From an uncultured archaeon (GTDB taxonomy: Archaea; Thermoproteota; EX4484-205; JAAOZP01), in NCBI GenBank assembly GCA_938045545.1, contig CALIBN010000002.1:8120-72119 (forward strand): a DNA stretch of 64,000 nucleotides, in the 5' to 3' direction. Both the position numbers and the translations under genes were made by a program. This document shows, in pieces, positions 56,234 through 64,000 of this stretch. Within the stretch, counting starts at the first letter, position 1; each line of letters starts with the position of its first letter. A model generated the notes under the pieces. That model did no database searches and was not told where the DNA came from. It saw only the letters and a list, made by a program, of their open reading frames with translations.

Positions 56234-57211
56234 GTGCTCCGCGTTTTAAACGAGTTGAGCATAGTGCTCGGAGTGGATCTTGGAGCATCCAACGTCAGGG
56301 TTGCCTTGTCCGACACGAATGGAAGGATTCTTTTTAAAAAATCAGAAAGGACGACGGGAACAACAGGACCGGATATTGTGAGGCAGATCGTTGAAATGGG
56401 TAGAAGCGCCATCAAGTCTCTGGGGTTTACGGATAAGAGCTTGAAAGCAGTTGGAGTGGGGTCAATAGGCCCGTTGGAATTAAAGAAGGGTTTGATCATT
56501 AATCCTCCTAATCTGCGGGTTGGCATAATACCTCTCGTAGAAGGCATTGAAAAACATTTTAACGTGCCTGTTAGACTTCTGAACGATTGTGTTGCAGCCG
56601 TTCTCGGGGAAAAAAGATTCGGAGCCGGTAGGAATCTTGAAAACATCGTCTACGTTACAATAAGCACCGGGATAGGTGGTGGAGCGATAGTTGACGGACA
56701 CATCCTGCTTGGAAAAGACGGTAATGCACATGAAGTTGGTCACATGGTGGTGGATAAGGAGGGGCTTCTCGAATGCGGATGTGGAAAGCCTGGACACTGG
56801 GAAGCATATTGCAGCGGAAGCGGAATGGTCAACTATGCTAGGCTGCTCTTAAAAGAATGGGGTGTAGATTTCAATAAGAGCTCTCTAAGAAAGTATTTCC
56901 ACGAGGATTTTTCAAAGGCTACTTCCAAAATGCTTTTCGACGCCGCTAGAGGAGGCGACGAGTTGGCACTTAGGATCATTGGGGAAATCGGGCTTCTTAA
57001 CACAATTGGCTTTGCCAACATAATAGACGTATACGATCCTGAGCTAATAACAGTCGGCGGATCAGTCGCTCTTTTCAACAGTGAACTTATACTCGACCCA
57101 GTGAAGAAAAACGTTTCAAAATACGCTATGAACAGATTGCCTGAGATAATGATAACCCCGCTCGGGGAAGACGTGGTTCTCTACGGTGCCCTAGCAGCCG
57201 CACTAGAATAA
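56234..57211 (+). CDS. ROK-family sugar kinase (glucokinase-like)
   Basis: GVDLGASNVRVAL ATPase start; GHMVVD…CGCGKPGHWEAYCSGSG zinc/ROK signature. Confidence 0.8.
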   Translation: MLRVLNELSIVLGVDLGASNVRVALSDTNGRILFKKSERTTGTTGPDIVRQIVEMGRSAIKSLGFTDKSLKAVGVGSIGPLELKKGLIINPPNLRVGIIPLVEGIEKHFNVPVRLLNDCVAAVLGEKRFGAGRNLENIVYVTISTGIGGGAIVDGHILLGKDGNAHEVGHMVVDKEGLLECGCGKPGHWEAYCSGSGMVNYARLLLKEWGVDFNKSSLRKYFHEDFSKATSKMLFDAARGGDELALRIIGEIGLLNTIGFANIIDVYDPELITVGGSVALFNSELILDPVKKNVSKYAMNRLPEIMITPLGEDVVLYGALAAALE

Positions 57212-57216
57212 GCCGT

Positions 57217-58731
57217 TTAACCGGGCTTCTTCGCTAGAAACCAATCTAAAAATGCTTTAAACATCTCGTGGGATTCGCGATCTATCAAACACAGAGTTGT
57301 GAAATAAACAATTATGCCCACTAGGATGACGGGCATCAAGGATGTTAATACAATCATTATCTGCTCGCTTTTAGCTGATTCAGGATACAGCGTTAGCAGC
57401 ACACTTGACATCACCATTCCCGAGACAACTAGTTTAAATATCCTCCTAAAATCTAAGCTGAAGACGATAAGTCGCCTGGAGAGCCGTAAATAGTAAAGCA
57501 TTATGGAGAGGTTAACCAGCAAGTAGCATAAGGCTGCAGACAGAGAGAATAATATTGGCGGGCTCTTTAAATCGTTCAATATTTCAGCCACAACCGCGGT
57601 CACTGTTACGTAAACAATTGAACCGGAAAGGTCGATCAGCGGGATCCTTATGAGGTACGAGTCAACTAGTTTTTTCCACGAGGCGTTCTCATTAACATCG
57701 ACCTTTTCAACTCCCAATATGACTGTTGAGAAAAAACTTTTCAACACAGTGATTGCAGAGCATAAAGCCATTACTCTAAGAACATTATGCACAGGCGCAT
57801 AGCCTTCTCTTAAAAGATATAGTAGAGGCTCTGCAAGAATCAACTGTCCGAGTGTCATGGGTATTAGGAAAAGCAGCACGAGCTCCAGCGACTCCTCAAT
57901 ATCTCGACCTGTTCCGCCGGATAGGAGCTTCGGATATAGCCCTATTGCTAGAGACCCTGCGAAAAGTATCACGCCAGCAAAAATGTTCGCAGCTCTGATG
58001 TATGCCACAGGAAGCAGGGACCCGGTTAACAGCGTTAAGACTAGAGCATCCTGGAAATACACTATTCCAGGAGCGATTGACGCTAGAGGTATCCAGCCCA
58101 TTCTAAACCACATGCCCACCTCATTCGGCAGGAATGAACCCTTAAGATGTTTTGACAGCCTCAGCGAGTAATATAGCGCCTGAATGATTAGAGCAAGGTC
58201 TACTGAAAGAACAGCTCCGAAAAGAGATAGCCTGAAGTACCCGACTAGTACTACTCCGATAACCACCTTAGATGCTTCGAAAAAAACGGTTCCATACCCT
58301 ACTATATGTGGTTCAACTCCATGGCATACTGATTCCAAGCTGGACGTGTGATATATCGCTACGATCCACAATATGAACGCGAGGATTGCCGGCAGGTCGA
58401 TGCTTACGCTCGACGCGAAGACTGGAGACAAGACGGTGAAGAATGATGCTGAAACCAGTGAAACAATGCTGTTGAATAAGACTCCTGATTTCGCAACCGG
58501 TTTCCCTCTTCCTGTGAATCTCGTAAGCCAGTAGTTCGCAATGCTTGAAGGTATTGTGAAATAGCTTAACAGGCTTGCGTAGAACTGCCAGGTTCCGAAA
58601 AGCTCTTCGGTAAGCCTCCTAGTTACGAGCATTGTAAACAATAAGCCCGTTAGGACTGAAATCATCCTCGAGGCGAAGTTGACCAGTCCAGAGTATTTCA
58701 GCCTAATACTGTTCACATCTTTTTCAAACAA
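57217..58731 (-). CDS. Wzx/MATE-like oligosaccharide flippase (polysaccharide biosynthesis protein family)
   Basis: 504 aa, ~12-14 TM helices. Confidence 0.7.
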   Translation of the reverse strand: MFEKDVNSIRLKYSGLVNFASRMISVLTGLLFTMLVTRRLTEELFGTWQFYASLLSYFTIPSSIANYWLTRFTGRGKPVAKSGVLFNSIVSLVSASFFTVLSPVFASSVSIDLPAILAFILWIVAIYHTSSLESVCHGVEPHIVGYGTVFFEASKVVIGVVLVGYFRLSLFGAVLSVDLALIIQALYYSLRLSKHLKGSFLPNEVGMWFRMGWIPLASIAPGIVYFQDALVLTLLTGSLLPVAYIRAANIFAGVILFAGSLAIGLYPKLLSGGTGRDIEESLELVLLFLIPMTLGQLILAEPLLYLLREGYAPVHNVLRVMALCSAITVLKSFFSTVILGVEKVDVNENASWKKLVDSYLIRIPLIDLSGSIVYVTVTAVVAEILNDLKSPPILFSLSAALCYLLVNLSIMLYYLRLSRRLIVFSLDFRRIFKLVVSGMVMSSVLLTLYPESAKSEQIMIVLTSLMPVILVGIIVYFTTLCLIDRESHEMFKAFLDWFLAKKPG

Positions 58732-58820
58732 ACCCTACGCATTTAAAAACCTATTCTGACACCTCCGCGACTGAGGCAAGAGGCCGTCGCCTCTATGGGG
58801 TCGTAGCGCGTAACAGGTAT

Positions 58821-59648
58821 TTAATAGCAGAAAACCAGCTCCAAACCGATTTTTTTAGAAACTTCAAAGACTTTCTTCTTAACTTCATCATAGTAAGAGG
58901 ATTCTGAAAAGAGTATTCTTCTCCATTCACCATATAGCTCCGGGTATTTTTTCAAGATAACTTTTGAAACCATGCTCCAAACCATTGGCCTCAGGTTAAG
59001 CCTGTCAACATAAACATATTCCGCGCCCGTCTCCCTAAACCTCGTCAAAAAACCTTCTAAATCGGTTTCTGAAAGAAATGGAAGTATTGGTCCGAAGAAA
59101 ACATATGTTCTCAAACCTTCCTCCTTGGCAAGCCTGATTGCTTCAAGCCTCTCCTCAGGACTTGAGGAAGCCGGCTCGAAATCCTTCCAGACTCCCTCGT
59201 CCAACGTAACCACCGTAACCCCCACCTCATTAAGCTTGTTCCTCTTCAAAACATCCAGGTCTCTCACAACAAGGTTCGACTTGGTTTGAACAATCACGGG
59301 AAACCCTTTTTGAACAAGCATCTCAAGAATTTTCCGCGTCAACTCGTATTTCTTCTCAACCGGCTGATAGGGATCGGTGAGCGAACTCAAGTATACTTTT
59401 CCAGCCTTCTTCTTCTCAACCTCACTTGAAAGGATTTTTAAGGCATTAGTCTTAACGTCGAGAAACTCGCCCCACTCTTCTCTACTTCTTCTGAACCTAA
59501 AGGTTATTCCTGCAGCATAGCAGTACCTACATCCATGCTGACAGCCCACGTACGGGTTTACACAGTAATCTGCAATAGCACTCCTATTCAGCAGTGTCTT
59601 ACACTCAATCTCCCTGATTTTCACAGGACTATTTGAAAATACATCCAA
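58821..59648 (-). CDS. radical SAM protein, COG1533 (SplB-like) type
   Basis: CQHGCRYC CxxxCxxC cluster near N-terminus. Confidence 0.8.
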   Translation of the reverse strand: MDVFSNSPVKIREIECKTLLNRSAIADYCVNPYVGCQHGCRYCYAAGITFRFRRSREEWGEFLDVKTNALKILSSEVEKKKAGKVYLSSLTDPYQPVEKKYELTRKILEMLVQKGFPVIVQTKSNLVVRDLDVLKRNKLNEVGVTVVTLDEGVWKDFEPASSSPEERLEAIRLAKEEGLRTYVFFGPILPFLSETDLEGFLTRFRETGAEYVYVDRLNLRPMVWSMVSKVILKKYPELYGEWRRILFSESSYYDEVKKKVFEVSKKIGLELVFCY

Positions 59649-59664
59649 ACCCTAATAAGCCTTT

Positions 59665-60753
59665 TCATAACGCTTCGCAACCGTTTTGACAGACAGTGCT
59701 GTTTTCAAGGAAATCAGGGTCGAGAACCCTGCCTGCTAGTAGGCTTAACCCCAGAATCCTCGTCAACGTGAACGAAAAAGGTATTCGCCTCATGATGTTG
59801 AAAAGCTTCCTCATTCTGAGCCCTTTTTCCAATGCTCCACCAATAGTTTTTCTCCAAACAGAATCATATGTTTCAGCCATGAAGCCTTCGTCGAAAAGGT
59901 TTCTTTCAAGGGCGGCTGCGCAAGCATCCCCAGCGATTCTACTGCAGATCCTGTTGTAGACAAGACCGCCTAGCGAGAAAGGCTTGACTTGGCACGCAGC
60001 ATCCCCGACTAGAATAACCCTGTTGGCGGAGGTTCTGCTCATTATTCCGAATCTTATAGAGTCCCCTACGAACCCGCCGCAACTAGACTCCATGTTCAGC
60101 CTCTTCAGGAGCAGCCTGAGCCTCGGCCAGGGATTGCCACTGGTTAAAAGACCCACTTTCGCCTTGCTCCTGCTTAAAGGTATGATCCAGGCGAAGACAT
60201 CCTTGGAAAACTCTGGGTCAAACCTCAGCTCAACAACATCCTGTTCGAAGACACCGTTGGCCACGCATTGAAGCGCGAAGAGAAGGCTATCAGGCTGCTT
60301 TAAACCAGTCAGTCTTGCAACAATAGAGTTAGGCCCATCGGCTCCGACCAGGATTCTTCCAGAGTAACGGCCTCCCTTACTCGTGACCACGCATCCTTCC
60401 TTTAGCCCCACCACCCTCTCGCCGAGCCTAATCTCAACCCCTTCTGCCAAAGCATTTTCAGCGAGATGCTTATCGTAGCCAGCTCTATCTATCACGAGCA
60501 TATCTTTCTTAGAGTATACTTCAAAACTCTCCTTCCCGAGGCAGAACCTCGCGGTGTCAACCCTGTTTAAAACAAGGTGTTGCGGAAGCCCGCCTATCCT
60601 CCAGCTTACAAGACCGGCGCACTGCTCAGGTCTGCCTACTTCATTATGCTCTTCAAGAACTATGGTTTTAAAACCCTTTTTAGAAATGAATAAGCCTGTT
60701 GAAAGACCGGAGGGCCCGCCTCCAACTATTAGAGCATCGCGATCAATCCTCAT
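59665..60753 (-). CDS. geranylgeranyl reductase family FAD-dependent oxidoreductase
   Basis: DALIVGGGPSGLSTG FAD motif and GGR-family layout with C-terminal helical region. Confidence 0.75.
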   Translation of the reverse strand: MRIDRDALIVGGGPSGLSTGLFISKKGFKTIVLEEHNEVGRPEQCAGLVSWRIGGLPQHLVLNRVDTARFCLGKESFEVYSKKDMLVIDRAGYDKHLAENALAEGVEIRLGERVVGLKEGCVVTSKGGRYSGRILVGADGPNSIVARLTGLKQPDSLLFALQCVANGVFEQDVVELRFDPEFSKDVFAWIIPLSRSKAKVGLLTSGNPWPRLRLLLKRLNMESSCGGFVGDSIRFGIMSRTSANRVILVGDAACQVKPFSLGGLVYNRICSRIAGDACAAALERNLFDEGFMAETYDSVWRKTIGGALEKGLRMRKLFNIMRRIPFSFTLTRILGLSLLAGRVLDPDFLENSTVCQNGCEAL

Positions 60754-60762
60754 TAACTCTCT

Positions 60763-60972
60763 TCATTCCTCTGTAACCAGACCTTTATCCTTAAGCCTTT
60801 TCAAAACTGCGTCGAGCTCCCACAGGTGGCAGGGGACAGACCTCCATATTCCAGACAGAGGCATGCGCTTCCCCTTCTTCAGAGCCTCGTAGACCTTTTT
60901 CTCAAGTTCTTCGAGATCAGCCTTCTCAAGCAAGTATTCATGCGGCCCGACGACAACCCATTCTTCAACCAT
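60763..60972 (-). CDS. small hypothetical protein, possible winged-helix fold, first gene of the GGR/radical-SAM/flippase operon
   Basis: 69-aa ORF ending 10 bp before GGR start on same strand. Confidence 0.35.
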   Translation of the reverse strand: MVEEWVVVGPHEYLLEKADLEELEKKVYEALKKGKRMPLSGIWRSVPCHLWELDAVLKRLKDKGLVTEE

Positions 60973-61076
60973 TCTGAAAAATGTGACAGTGCGCCAGTAT
61001 ATTGGTTTTATGCTGAAAGGGTCATAGCTTCACAGAATAACTTAAATAGGGGAATGCTCAACACATCACTCTCGAA

Positions 61077-62261
61077 ATGCCGGGAAAAGTTGTTTCAACA
61101 TACTCAGGCGGCCTAGACTCAACACTCATAACAATACTGTTGAAAGAGAAGTATGGATACGACGAAGTAATTCCTGTTCTCGTTGACGTTGGCCAAGGAG
61201 AGGAAGAGATCAGGATCGCGTATGAAAGAGCTGAGAAGCTGGGTTTAAAAATACATTTCATAGATGCTAAGCACGAGTTCGCTACAGAATACATATTCAG
61301 ATGCATCAAGGCTAATGGAAGCTACGGAGGCTACCCGGTTGGAACCTCTATGACTAGGGTTCTGATAGCTTCTAAGGCCGCTGAAATAGCTAAGAAAGAA
61401 GGGGCGGAGGCTGTTGCACACGGTTGCACGGGCAAGGGTAACGACCAGTTCAGGATGGAGGTTGCAGTTAAATACGTGGATCCAAACCTGAAGGTGATAG
61501 CGCCAGTTAGAGAGCTGAACCTCTCAAGATTTGAAGAGGAGGAGATGCTCAGGAAACACGGTATTGAGCCTAAGAAGCCCAAGGGGAAGCTTGGTGGAGA
61601 CGTAAACATGTGGTCTCACTCCATTGGAAGTGGGCAGGTTGAAGACCTTTACACACAGTATCCCGAGGACTATATTTGGGCCGTCCACCCTGAGAAGGCC
61701 CCAGAAACTCCACAGAAGATTCAAATAACCTATGAGAGAGGCGTCCCTGTCGAAGTAGACGGGGTAAGAGACCCTGTTGAAATAATACTCTATCTGAACA
61801 GGATTGGCGGGCAACACGGCGTTGGGAGAATAGATATAATTGAAGACGGGATACTGGGTTTGAAATCTAGGGAGCTTTACGAGGCTCCGGCTGCAACAAT
61901 CCTCTTAAACACTCATGCGAACCTTGAACAGTTAACCCTTACGAAGGAGCAGTTGAAAGTTAAGAGGGAGATAGACAAGATTTGGGCTGAAATAGTTTAC
62001 CACGGGATGTGGTTCCACCCGTTGAGGAGGGATCTAGATGCCTTCATAGATTCTACGCAAAAATATGTTTCCGGGAGGCTTGACGTAAAGCTTTACAAGG
62101 GTAACGTGGAGGTTGTCGGGAGAGAGTCTAAATACAGTCTATTCTCGCCAGAGTTAAGATCCATTAAGAAGGCCGGTTTCGACCAGAGAGATGCTACGGG
62201 AGCGGTTAAGCTCTACGCTTTACCGTATCAGCTTTATGGTAAAAGGGAGCAGGAAAAGTAG
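61077..62261 (+). CDS. argG: argininosuccinate synthase
   Basis: SGGLDST PP-loop and family-wide conservation. Confidence 0.9.
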   Translation: MPGKVVSTYSGGLDSTLITILLKEKYGYDEVIPVLVDVGQGEEEIRIAYERAEKLGLKIHFIDAKHEFATEYIFRCIKANGSYGGYPVGTSMTRVLIASKAAEIAKKEGAEAVAHGCTGKGNDQFRMEVAVKYVDPNLKVIAPVRELNLSRFEEEEMLRKHGIEPKKPKGKLGGDVNMWSHSIGSGQVEDLYTQYPEDYIWAVHPEKAPETPQKIQITYERGVPVEVDGVRDPVEIILYLNRIGGQHGVGRIDIIEDGILGLKSRELYEAPAATILLNTHANLEQLTLTKEQLKVKREIDKIWAEIVYHGMWFHPLRRDLDAFIDSTQKYVSGRLDVKLYKGNVEVVGRESKYSLFSPELRSIKKAGFDQRDATGAVKLYALPYQLYGKREQEK

Positions 62262-62357
62262 GCCGTCTAGACGCTTTTTTCCAGTAATAGAAGGCGGGCT
62301 TACAAGGATTATCCTGGGAAATTGTTTTTAGGAACCGTTTGAATGACTTAAGCCAGA

Positions 62358-63557
62358 ATGACTCAGGAAACGGTGGTAATCTACTCTAAACACTGGCTTG
62401 CAGTATTCATAATGATTGGCCTTATATCTGCTGGGCTGATAGTGTCGTTCCTCCTCCTTTATTCACAGTTAACCCAGCTTAACGATAAGGTTGAAAGCCT
62501 AGACTTCGCGGTGAAACGGTTAAGCGAGGATGTTAGCAGGATTAAGAATGCTCAGCTAAGCCAAAGCATAGTCTACTTTAACTTAAGCTTCACCGAACTC
62601 TATGAGAAAACCATTAGAGGCGTTGTAATGGTGACGGGATTGGCCAAGTCCTTTCTAAGCGAGGACGTTGGCCTCGGCTCGGGATTCGTAGTGAAACACG
62701 GGGCATCACACTATATTTTGACGAACTATCATGTAGTGAGGAACGTGATTAATCTTACAGTAACCTTTTACAATGGGGAAAGCTATCCTGCTCAAGTGGT
62801 GGGCACAGACCCGTATAGCGACCTAGCGGTGTTGAATAGCACTGCCCCGCTTGAGCTCTACCATCCTCTAAACATGACTTTCAGCAGTAGTCTAAAAGTC
62901 GGAGACTTGGTGATAGCAATAGGGAACCCTTTCGGGTTAACAGGCACCATGACGACAGGAGTCGTCAGCCAGCTTGGCAGAACGATAACAAGCGAGTTCA
63001 CTGGAGGCTATGCTATAGCGAACGTTATTCAGACAAGCGCACCTATAAACCCGGGTAACTCTGGGGGACCGTTGCTTAACGCTAAGGGCGAGGTAGTTGG
63101 GATGAACACCGCTATAATAAGAGACAGCCAAGGCGTGGGCTTCGCAATACCGTCTAACACGATTTTGAGAGTACTGCCATTCCTAGTGGAGACAGGCGGC
63201 TACGATATGCATCCTTGGCTCGGCCTAAGGGGTATTAATGTGAACTACTATATTGCTAGGGCAGCAGGGTTGAACGTTACATACGGCTGGCTTATTCAAG
63301 AAGTTATTCCCGAAGGCCCATCCGATAAGGCTGGTCTGAAAGGAGGGACCAAGACCATTACTATTCTAGGAACCGAGATAAAGGTTGGCGGAGACCTGAT
63401 AATTTCTATAGATGAGCATCCCATTAAGAACAGTGATGACATCGCCAGGGTGCTTGAGGAATACACTTACCCGGGTAAGACGGTTAACCTGACGATTATC
63501 AGAGAGGGCCGGAAGCTGGTTGTCCCAGTGACCCTTGGGAAAAGACCCCCACCCTAG
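62358..63557 (+). CDS. HtrA/DegP-like S1C serine protease with N-terminal TM anchor and C-terminal PDZ domain
   Basis: Catalytic triad contexts …TNYHVV…, …SDLAVL…, GNSGGPL; PDZ-like C-terminus. Confidence 0.85.
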   Translation: MTQETVVIYSKHWLAVFIMIGLISAGLIVSFLLLYSQLTQLNDKVESLDFAVKRLSEDVSRIKNAQLSQSIVYFNLSFTELYEKTIRGVVMVTGLAKSFLSEDVGLGSGFVVKHGASHYILTNYHVVRNVINLTVTFYNGESYPAQVVGTDPYSDLAVLNSTAPLELYHPLNMTFSSSLKVGDLVIAIGNPFGLTGTMTTGVVSQLGRTITSEFTGGYAIANVIQTSAPINPGNSGGPLLNAKGEVVGMNTAIIRDSQGVGFAIPSNTILRVLPFLVETGGYDMHPWLGLRGINVNYYIARAAGLNVTYGWLIQEVIPEGPSDKAGLKGGTKTITILGTEIKVGGDLIISIDEHPIKNSDDIARVLEEYTYPGKTVNLTIIREGRKLVVPVTLGKRPPP

Positions 63558-63562
63558 TTAAG

Positions 63563-64000
63563 CTACTCTATAGTCTTGCTCCACATTTCTTTAGCAAGCC
63601 TACCCTCATACTTCATCAGGCTAAGCTCCTTCTTCGCATATTCACGCTTAACATTATGTTTTTCAAGGAAACCCGTAACCTTCTCCACCAGTATCTCCTT
63701 TATCTCTCCGCTCAACATCCTTCCAGAGGAATACTCCTCCCTGATACTCCTAAGCTTCTCATCGTCCTCCTCGAAGAAGAAGTGGAGCCACTGGTAGGGC
63801 ACATCAACATCCGGGTTTCCACCAAGCCTCCTGTGTTCCTCAACCGTTGGCTGTCCTCCTGAAAACGCTTGAAATATCTTTCTCCGGATGCTCTTCTCAT
63901 CCTCGTTAAGGTAGATGGCACTTTCCGGCTGGGAGGCGCTCATCTTGCCCGAGGGACCCGTTAAAGGTGGGAGAAACTTGCAGTGGATAGCTGCAGTCTT
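63563..64000 (-). CDS. trpS: tryptophan--tRNA ligase (archaeal/eukaryotic type), 3' portion; gene continues past window end
   Basis: Reading frame stays open to position 64000; …PPLTGPSGKMSASQPESAIYLNEDE… contains the KMSAS (KMSKS-class) motif and C-terminal region typical of archaeal TrpRS. Confidence 0.7.
   Translation of the reverse strand, partial: KTAAIHCKFLPPLTGPSGKMSASQPESAIYLNEDEKSIRRKIFQAFSGGQPTVEEHRRLGGNPDVDVPYQWLHFFFEEDDEKLRSIREEYSSGRMLSGEIKEILVEKVTGFLEKHNVKREYAKKELSLMKYEGRLAKEMWSKTIE

Noticed and set aside
1-64000. Search for transposases, integrases, tRNA/rRNA genes and long inverted or direct terminal repeats
   Set aside because: None recognised by eye. The accessory patches (1-3.7 kb, 14.6-22 kb) lack flanking repeats or att-like sites, so no mobile element is called.

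Overview
This is a 64-kb chromosomal segment that is almost certainly archaeal. The evidence: an NadX-type aspartate dehydrogenase in the NAD operon, a geranylgeranyl-reductase homolog, a COG1855 PIN-ATPase, an archaeal/eukaryotic-type TrpRS with a KMSAS motif, AGA/AGG-dominated Arg codon usage, and AT-rich TATA-like promoters. About 60 protein genes are tightly packed on both strands. No rRNA, tRNA, CRISPR array, transposase or integrase was found.

Gene content from 5' to 3':
- Fe-S hydro-lyase alpha subunit.
- A small accessory patch (1-3.7 kb): RHH protein plus retropepsin-like aspartic protease, a decayed HEPN/MNT toxin-antitoxin cluster, and a membrane-anchored single-HKD PLD nuclease.
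- Assorted enzymes: sugar-phosphate isomerase-like, nitroreductase, DUF72-SWIM, creatininase-family, Eis-like GNAT.
- A NAD kinase fused to a winged-helix domain, divergent from a compact nadA-nadC-nadX operon.
- A PIN-PilT-like ATPase.
- A cell-surface island: Gly-rich membrane protein, Pro-rich CarboxypepD_reg surface protein, C25 gingipain-like cysteine peptidase, DUF192 and an inhibitory-type serpin.
- A large carbohydrate-catabolism island (about 22-57 kb): GH78 alpha-L-rhamnosidase, BNR sialidase-like propeller, a GH63/GDE-like (alpha/alpha)6 hydrolase, GHL10, a beta-propeller GH-like protein, HpcH/HpaI aldolase, three xylose-isomerase-like TIM barrels, four Gfo/Idh/MocA oxidoreductases, two amidohydrolase-2 proteins, two URO-D-like proteins, MFS and ABC-2 transporters, GT2 and a ROK kinase.
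- A Wzx-like flippase / radical-SAM / geranylgeranyl-reductase-family operon, then argG, an HtrA-like protease and the 3' part of trpS.

The candidates most worth a second look:
- The serpin / C25-peptidase / surface-protein island.
- The NadK-wHTH fusion facing the NAD operon.
- The eroded HEPN/MNT cluster with its neighbouring nuclease and protease.
- An 850-bp gene-free region (37.15-38.0 kb) holding two diverged copies of a ~100-bp element.
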